Positions 29,019 to 36,014 of a stretch of 36,014 nt of DNA are shown piece after piece; position 1 is the first letter of the stretch, and each line of letters begins with the position of its first letter. Both the position numbers and the translations under genes were made by a program. This stretch comes from Parcubacteria group bacterium Gr01-1014_2 (GTDB lineage: Bacteria > Patescibacteriota > Minisyncoccia > 2-02-FULL-40-12), in assembly GCA_007376425.1 (NCBI GenBank), contig VMGG01000002.1, forward strand, positions 1 to 36,014. Reading direction: 5' to 3'. The notes under the pieces are model-generated. The model saw only the letters and a list, made by a program, of their open reading frames with translations. It had not been told where the DNA came from and searched no databases.

Positions 29019-30002
29019 ATGAATAAAGGCATTTTGAAAACCATTGTTTATTATGATTGCTTGGATTATCCGTTGACGGGCGAAGAATTGAAAATTTTTG
29101 CGTTTAAGAATAGCCATGATTTGAAAGACAACGATTTAATCGAAATAGTAGAAGGTTTTCATTTCTTGAAAGGGAGGAGTGATTTAATAAGGATAAGGGA
29201 AAAAAGAAAAGAATTATCCAAAACGAAATGGGAAAAAACTCTTAAAGCAGTCAAATGGCTTGGGGTGATTCCTTATATCAAATTGATTTTCGCATCGGGC
29301 TCCCTGGCTTTGAGCAACACCGATAAAGAAAGCGACTTGGATGTTTTGATTGTGGCAAAGCACGGCCGGATTTGGCTGGCGAGATTTTTAGCCGCATTGT
29401 TACTTGGGTTATTAGGATTAAGGCGAAAAAGACACCAGCGAGTTGCGCCTGATAAAATCTGCTTCAATCATTTCATAACCGATAAATCTTTATATATTCC
29501 TCGAAAAAGCATTTACACGGCCCAGCTTTATGCGCGATTAGTTCCCATCTTGGTTAGCGATGAAAAGCTGATTAACGATTTTTGTGAGGCAAATTCGTGG
29601 ATTAAAGAATATATTCCTAAATTCCAAATTCTCCCGATTCGCAGAGCGAATCGAGGATCCTCGATTCCGCAAAGCGGAATCGGGACAAATTCCAAATTCT
29701 TAAAATTTATAAAAAATATCAGCGAAAAAATTCTGGATACAAAATTAGGCGACTGGCTGGAAAGTGTTTTGCGAAAATATCAGCTCCGGCGGATAAATAG
29801 CTATCATTTAACCCATAAAGTGAGCGGGACGCTAAGCGTCCCAAATAGCCACGCTAAGCGTGGCGGCCGGGTTAAGGCTGATGATGAGAGTTTGGAGTTC
29901 CATCCTGATTCTCCGGAGCTGAAAATTCTTGAAAATTATAATAAAAAAATGATAGAATTAGGATTCGAGGACTTGACAGAAGAGACCTCTTTCGATAAAT
30001 AG
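29019..30002 (+). CDS. Pol-beta-like nucleotidyltransferase domain protein
   Basis: IFASGSLALSNTDKESDLDVLIV (GS...DxD). Confidence 0.8.
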   Translation: MNKGILKTIVYYDCLDYPLTGEELKIFAFKNSHDLKDNDLIEIVEGFHFLKGRSDLIRIREKRKELSKTKWEKTLKAVKWLGVIPYIKLIFASGSLALSNTDKESDLDVLIVAKHGRIWLARFLAALLLGLLGLRRKRHQRVAPDKICFNHFITDKSLYIPRKSIYTAQLYARLVPILVSDEKLINDFCEANSWIKEYIPKFQILPIRRANRGSSIPQSGIGTNSKFLKFIKNISEKILDTKLGDWLESVLRKYQLRRINSYHLTHKVSGTLSVPNSHAKRGGRVKADDESLEFHPDSPELKILENYNKKMIELGFEDLTEETSFDK

Positions 30003-30017
30003 ATTATTGTCCCGATT

Positions 30018-30323
30018 ATGAAAATAAGACCCCTTAGAGACCACGTTTTGATTGAGCCTTTAAAGGAAGAGAAGAAGAAAGGCGGGATTATTTTGCCTGA
30101 TACCGTTGAGAAAGATAGACCCGAGAAGGGCCGGGTTTTGGCGGTGGGGCCTGGGAAAACAGACCAAAATGGTAAAAGGATTGCGATGGAAGTTAAAAAG
30201 GGCGATATAGTTTTATTCACGAAATATGGTCCGAATGAGATTAAGGTTGAAGATAAAAAAAGCGGTAAAGAGGTTGAGTATTTAATTGCAAAGGAAGAAG
30301 ATATATTGGCGGTAATAGAGTAA
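30018..30323 (+). CDS. groES: Co-chaperonin GroES
   Basis: IRPLRDHVLI, GGIILPDT, VLAVGPG. Confidence 0.98.
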   Translation: MKIRPLRDHVLIEPLKEEKKKGGIILPDTVEKDRPEKGRVLAVGPGKTDQNGKRIAMEVKKGDIVLFTKYGPNEIKVEDKKSGKEVEYLIAKEEDILAVIE

Positions 30324-30364
30324 TGTGGGCTTCCGCCTACGCTAAAGCTTCGGCGGATGCTCAT
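30324..30364. repeat. REP-like palindrome between groES and groEL
   Basis: TCCGCC-TACGCTAAAGCTTC-GGCGGA. Confidence 0.65.
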
Positions 30365-30391
30365 TTTTACAGCTATTCGCTGCGCTCATAG

Positions 30392-32026
<1,635 letters not shown>

Positions 32027-32027
32027 A

Positions 32028-32278
32028 AAAGCCTCTCGCCCCCACACTCATATATGAGTGTGGGGGCTCGGGTACAGCCATTTCGGAGAGCGCCGCCACG
32101 GGAACATCCAGCTCGCTCATTCTCGGCTGCTCCAGCGGCAGCCTCCGAGGGCGTCGGCCGTTTTGTCCCGCTTCGCGGGAACCAAGCCAAAACGGCCTCC
32201 GAATCCGCTCACTGGACATTCCCGTGGCGGCTTACCATTTCTTCTATTTCAGAAAATGGCTATACCCTGCGGGCTTTC
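32028..32278. repeat. ~250-bp GC-rich nested foldback element
   Basis: GGGTACAGCCATTT/AAATGGCTATACCC, GCCGCCACGGGAA/TTCCCGTGGCGGC, GGCCGTTTTG/CAAAACGGCC, perfect CCCCCACACTCAT hairpin. Confidence 0.75.
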
Positions 32279-32290
32279 TTTTATTTGTTT

Positions 32291-32349
32291 TTGACATCGG
32301 TTGGTTTTTAAACTATATTCCCGGCAGCAGCACCTTTCATTTTAGGAGG
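32291..32349 (+). promoter_or_regulatory. pyrF promoter and RBS
   Basis: TTGACA-N17-TATATT; CAGCACCTTTCA; AGGAGG. Confidence 0.7.
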
Positions 32350-32357
32350 AAAGTACT

Positions 32358-33095
32358 ATGAATCCAAACGGAATGGTTTTTGTGGCGTTGGATGGGATGG
32401 GGAAGAAAGCGGCTTGCGATTTGGTGGGAAAGTTCACAAGCCTATCAAATCCCTACGTTGGCGTTCTGGCTGGATTCAAGATTCATGATCTTTGGGATCA
32501 AGAAGGCCCGAAGGTTCTCAATGATCTTGAATGCGCCGGCACTGGAGCCGACCTTTGGGTGGATTTGAAGCTTCTTGATGTTCCCCAGACGGTTCAGCTC
32601 CGGGCTCGAGCGGTTCGATACGCCAATGCCCGTTTCCTCACCGTTCATGCTCTTGGTGGGATCGAGATGATGAAGCTGGCGGTTGAATCTGGCCCAAGGA
32701 TCATCGCGATTACTATCCTTACTTCACTTAGCAAAGAAGAAGTGGGGGTGCGTTTCAGAAGGCCGGCGCACGAAGTTGTATCTGAGCTGGCCTGGGAAGC
32801 GAAACAAGCTGGCGTTTGGGGAGTGGTTTGTTCGGCCCACGAGGTCGGAGTTCTTGCGGGCAACTCTAATCTCAAGGGATTGAAATTCATTGTTCCGGGG
32901 ATCAGGCTTGCTGGCAAGGATGCGATTGACCAGAATCAAAAACGGGTTAATACGCCGAGAGCGGCGTTTGAGTCTGGCGCCGATTATATCGTGGTCGGCA
33001 GCGAACTGACCAAAGTGGAAGACCCGATTGCGGTTCTCGGTAAAATCGTGGAGGGGATTTCTGAAGCAGTCGTCAACAAAGGAGTGAGCCGATGA
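32358..33095 (+). CDS. pyrF: Orotidine-5'-phosphate decarboxylase
   Basis: FVALD, DLKLLDVPQT, TVHALGG, VPGIR, DYIVVG. Confidence 0.9.
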   Translation: MNPNGMVFVALDGMGKKAACDLVGKFTSLSNPYVGVLAGFKIHDLWDQEGPKVLNDLECAGTGADLWVDLKLLDVPQTVQLRARAVRYANARFLTVHALGGIEMMKLAVESGPRIIAITILTSLSKEEVGVRFRRPAHEVVSELAWEAKQAGVWGVVCSAHEVGVLAGNSNLKGLKFIVPGIRLAGKDAIDQNQKRVNTPRAAFESGADYIVVGSELTKVEDPIAVLGKIVEGISEAVVNKGVSR

Positions 33096-33739
33096 ATGAA
33101 ACCGAATTGGAAGCCCTAAAGCTTTTCAATAGTTGCGGGGCGATCATCAAGGGTCATTTCGTCTATGCCAGCGGGCGGCACGGGACCATTTATGTCAATA
33201 CAAAAACGCTTTTTTCCGATTCCAAGGCGATTTCAAAACTTTGCCGGCCAATCGCCGAGAGGTTCAAAAATAGCGCCGTAAATTCTGTTACCGGTCCGGC
33301 CAATAACGGGGTAGTGGTCGCTAGCTGGGTAGCAGAACATCTTTCAAATCTATGTTTAAGGAAAGTGACTTTCGTTCCAACCGTCAAGACGCTCGGCAAT
33401 GATTTTTTGATCAGGCGAATTTTCCGCAATCAGATTTTCAACAAAAGAGTTTTGGTGGTGGAAGATGTGTTGACTACGGGCGGTTCGGCCCGAAAGGTGA
33501 TAGACCTTGTTCTGGCGTTGGGCGGAAACGTGGTCGGGCTGGGCGTTTTTTACAACCGGGGCGGAGAGATTTCGAGGGACGGCGTAGATGTCCTGGATTT
33601 TTTCGCCTTGGTCAACGTTCCCCATCAGTCTTGGAGTGAAAGCGAATGCCCGCTTTGCAAAAACGGGATTCCGATCAATCCGGACTTTGGTCGGGGCAAG
33701 GAATTTCTGGCTCGGAAAAGGTCAACCCTGACTGTCTAA
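33092..33739 (+). CDS. pyrE: Orotate phosphoribosyltransferase
   Basis: GHFVYASGRH, VVEDVLTTGGS, CPLC; coupled to pyrF. Confidence 0.88.
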   Translation: MNETELEALKLFNSCGAIIKGHFVYASGRHGTIYVNTKTLFSDSKAISKLCRPIAERFKNSAVNSVTGPANNGVVVASWVAEHLSNLCLRKVTFVPTVKTLGNDFLIRRIFRNQIFNKRVLVVEDVLTTGGSARKVIDLVLALGGNVVGLGVFYNRGGEISRDGVDVLDFFALVNVPHQSWSESECPLCKNGIPINPDFGRGKEFLARKRSTLTV

Positions 33740-33762
33740 AAGCACATTCTGGTTTCTTTCTG

Positions 33763-33803
33763 AAAAGGAGCGTTTGCGGCAATAGCCAAAAGCGCTCTTT
33801 TTT
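33763..33803 (+). terminator. Intrinsic terminator after pyrE
   Basis: GGAGCG...CGCTCT stem followed by a T-run. Confidence 0.7.
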
Positions 33804-33818
33804 GTTAAGATAAATTTA

Positions 33819-34373
33819 ATGGGAATATTAACTGTCGTTTTAATCATCGTCGCAGTTTTAATTGTCTGGCTTATCGGGACTTTTAATGTTTTAGTGGTTC
33901 GCCGGAATAGAGTGAAAGAGTCGTGGTCAGATATTGAGGTTCAGCTAAAGCGGCGATACGATTTGATTCCGAATTTGGTTAATATTGTAAAAGGGTACGC
34001 GGCTCATGAGCGGGGAGTTTTTGAAGAAGTGACTCAAGCTCGTTCGATGGCTATTGGCGCGAAGACTCCGGAAGAACATAGTAAGGCTGAAAATATATTG
34101 ACCGGCGCTTTAAAGCATTTATTTGCCGTGGCCGAAGCCTACCCGCAGCTCCGCGCCTCTGAAAATTTCCGTGAGCTTCAAATGGAACTTTCTGATACGG
34201 AAAATAAAATTCAGGCCGCCCGAAGATTTTATAATTCAACCGTTTTAGATCTCAATACTTCAATTGAGCAGTTCCCGACCAATCTCGTTGCCGGAATGTT
34301 CGGTTTCAAGAAAGGTGAGTTCTTTGACCTGGAAAACGAACTTGAACACCAAAGTGTTAAAGTTCAGTTCTAA
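33819..34373 (+). CDS. lemA: LemA family protein
   Basis: WSDIEVQLKRRYDLIPNLV, AEAYPQLRASENF, ARRFYN. Confidence 0.96.
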   Translation: MGILTVVLIIVAVLIVWLIGTFNVLVVRRNRVKESWSDIEVQLKRRYDLIPNLVNIVKGYAAHERGVFEEVTQARSMAIGAKTPEEHSKAENILTGALKHLFAVAEAYPQLRASENFRELQMELSDTENKIQAARRFYNSTVLDLNTSIEQFPTNLVAGMFGFKKGEFFDLENELEHQSVKVQF

Positions 34374-34408
34374 TTGTTCTAAATGTTCTATCGCTTTGCT
34401 TGTTCTAA
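34365..34408 (+). repeat. Left 9-mer array (TTGTTCTAA-type x4)
   Basis: CAGTTCTAA TTGTTCTAA ATGTTCTAT ... TTGTTCTAA; includes the lemA stop. Confidence 0.85.
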
Positions 34409-34441
34409 TTGTGAAATTGTGAAAGGATTTCAAAGAATTTC

Positions 34442-34819
34442 ATGGAAAATAGGATAGAGTATGGATTTCAAAAACTTGAGGTATGGAAGCTTGCGAGAAA
34501 ACTTGTTAGCGAAATTTATAGAATTACGAAATTATTTCCCAAAGAAGAACAATTTTCTTTATCTTCGCAATTAAGAAGAGCAGCAATATCCGTGCCATTA
34601 AACATAGCTGAAGGCAGTGCTCGCAGAACTAAAAAAGATTTTGCTTCATTTATTAGAATTGCTATGGGTTCTTTACTAGAGGTTTATACTTGTATAGAGA
34701 TAGCAAACGATGAAAAATACATTAATATATCTGATTATAACAAAGTAAAGTCGCAGATTCAGGAAATTTACTTTAAGTTAGTTTCGTTGGATAAGTTTTT
34801 AACTGGTAAAAACAAGTAG
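34442..34819 (+). CDS. Four helix bundle protein (23S rRNA IVS / Avd-like family)
   Basis: FQKLEVWK, FPKEEQFSLSSQLRRAAISVPLNIAEG, FIRIAMGSLLE. Confidence 0.93.
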   Translation: MENRIEYGFQKLEVWKLARKLVSEIYRITKLFPKEEQFSLSSQLRRAAISVPLNIAEGSARRTKKDFASFIRIAMGSLLEVYTCIEIANDEKYINISDYNKVKSQIQEIYFKLVSLDKFLTGKNK

Positions 34820-34851
34820 AACAACTAGAACAAATTGAACAATTAGAACAA
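34816..34851 (-). repeat. Right 9-mer array (TTAGAACAA-type x4), inverse of the left array
   Basis: GTAGAACAA CTAGAACAA ATTGAACAA TTAGAACAA; spans the cargo stop to the A of the htpX ATG. Confidence 0.88.
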
Positions 34852-35735
34852 TGAATATCTATACTCATAAATCTTCCAACATCCGGAAAACATGGCTCTT
34901 AATCAGCCTGTTTTTGGTTTTGATAATTTTTATCGGCTGGGCGGTAAGTTTAGTTTTTGAAAATCCGGTTATTCTTTATGTCGCCGTCTCCTTTGGTTTG
35001 ATAATGAATATGCTTGCTTACTGGTTTTCGGATAAAATCGCTTTATCAATTGCCCGAGCCAAACCGGTTGAGCGCAGAGAACTGTCGGAACTTTATAACA
35101 TCGTAGAAAACTTGAGCATTACCGCTGGCTTACCGATGCCTAAGGTCTATATCATATCGGAGCCGCAGATAAATGCTTTTGCCACGGGCCGGAACCCGAA
35201 GAATTCGGCCGTGGCTGTAACTGCGGGCGCTTTGCAAAAATTAAATCGCAATGAATTAGAAGGGGTTTTAGCTCATGAATTGAGCCATATTGGCAACCGT
35301 GATATCTTAGTTTCCACTATTGCTGTAGTTTTGTCCGGAGTGATAGCAATGATTGCCGACATATTTTTAAGAATGATGTTTTGGTCAAATAATGAAAGAA
35401 AAAGTGGGCCGATGGTTTTAATTATGGCAATTGCCGCGGTGATTCTTGCGCCTTTTGCAGCCATGCTTTTGCGAATGGCAGTTTCCAGAAAAAGAGAATT
35501 CTTGGCTGATGCTTCAGGTGCTTTACTTACCCGCTATCCTGATGGCCTGGCTTCGGCCCTTGAAAAAATTGGTCAAGACAGTAATCTAATGAGGTCAGCT
35601 TCTGATGCCACCGCTCATTTGTACATATCCAATCCGTTTAAAGGGAAGGAAAGAACAAGCTGGTTTGTCCGTTTATTCATGACGCATCCTCCTTTAGAAG
35701 AACGAATAAGAATACTAAGAGGAATGCGTGTATAA
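34851..35735 (+). CDS. htpX: Zn metalloprotease HtpX (M48)
   Basis: NAFATGRNP, AHELSH, SRKREFLADA, THPPLEERI. Confidence 0.97.
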   Translation: MNIYTHKSSNIRKTWLLISLFLVLIIFIGWAVSLVFENPVILYVAVSFGLIMNMLAYWFSDKIALSIARAKPVERRELSELYNIVENLSITAGLPMPKVYIISEPQINAFATGRNPKNSAVAVTAGALQKLNRNELEGVLAHELSHIGNRDILVSTIAVVLSGVIAMIADIFLRMMFWSNNERKSGPMVLIMAIAAVILAPFAAMLLRMAVSRKREFLADASGALLTRYPDGLASALEKIGQDSNLMRSASDATAHLYISNPFKGKERTSWFVRLFMTHPPLEERIRILRGMRV

Positions 35736-35852
35736 CTTTTTACTTGCCCCGTAGTGGAGCCGAAGGCTTCTACTACTGGGGTGACTCATCCGTCATTGGA
35801 AGAGAGGATTAGGATACTGAGGGGGTTAAAGCAAAGTGATTTTTTGCTTTAA
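35736..35852 (+). pseudogene. Diverged duplicate of the htpX 3' end with a palindromic insert
   Basis: Reads LFT[CPVVEPKASTTGV]THPSLEERIRILRGLK vs htpX LFMTHPPLEERIRILRGMR. Confidence 0.75.
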
Positions 35853-35928
35853 CGGGCGATTTAGGTTAGCGTACCGGCTAACCGTAAAATCGCCCCGGGT
35901 TTCGCCAGAAAGCGAAACGAAAATTTAA

Positions 35929-36014
35929 GGAAGGGTGCGAGAGTGGTTTAATCGAACGGCTTGGAAAGCCGTGCCCGTTTTACGGGCTCGTGGGTTCAAA
36001 TCCCACCCCTTCCG
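35929..36014 (+). tRNA. tRNA-Ser(GGA)
   Basis: GGAAGGG/CCCTTCC acceptor stem, ACGGC-TTGGAAA-GCCGT, long variable arm, GGTTCAAATCC. Confidence 0.95.

Noticed and set aside
34442-35852. Diversity-generating retroelement (Avd-like gene plus duplicated htpX end as TR/VR)
   Set aside because: No reverse transcriptase; differences between the two htpX ends are mostly synonymous and not confined to adenines

Overview
Bacterial chromosome segment, most likely Patescibacteria/CPR (Parcubacteria-like). This is inferred from the rRNA introns, compact RpoB, short UvrC/YchF and a PaaX/Cas2-like gene; standard code 11, since TGA ends several intact genes. It begins in the 3' part of a 23S rRNA gene interrupted by two group I introns (E. 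coli-equivalent L2584 and L2593) separated by a 9-nt exon, followed by 5S rRNA. Housekeeping genes follow: rodA, rpoB, rpoC, ftsK, recA, rpsF-ssb-rpsR, ychF, trpS, rnj, secG, uvrC, groES/EL, pyrF/E, lemA, htpX, tRNA-Leu and tRNA-Ser. The unusual signals are mostly non-coding: (1) a four-helix-bundle gene between lemA and htpX, enclosed by inverted arrays of 9-mers, with three cargo-free arrays of the same architecture at other gene junctions; (2) a frameshifted PaaX/Cas2-like gene whose start and stop lie inside two copies of a 36-bp palindrome, with a third covarying copy nearby; (3) an antisense promoter-RNA-terminator unit inside the L2593 intron; (4) an unannotated ~260-nt structured RNA with its own promoter and terminator; (5) many palindromic repeats inserted in frame into conserved proteins. 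All calls were made by eye; no database search or folding program was run.
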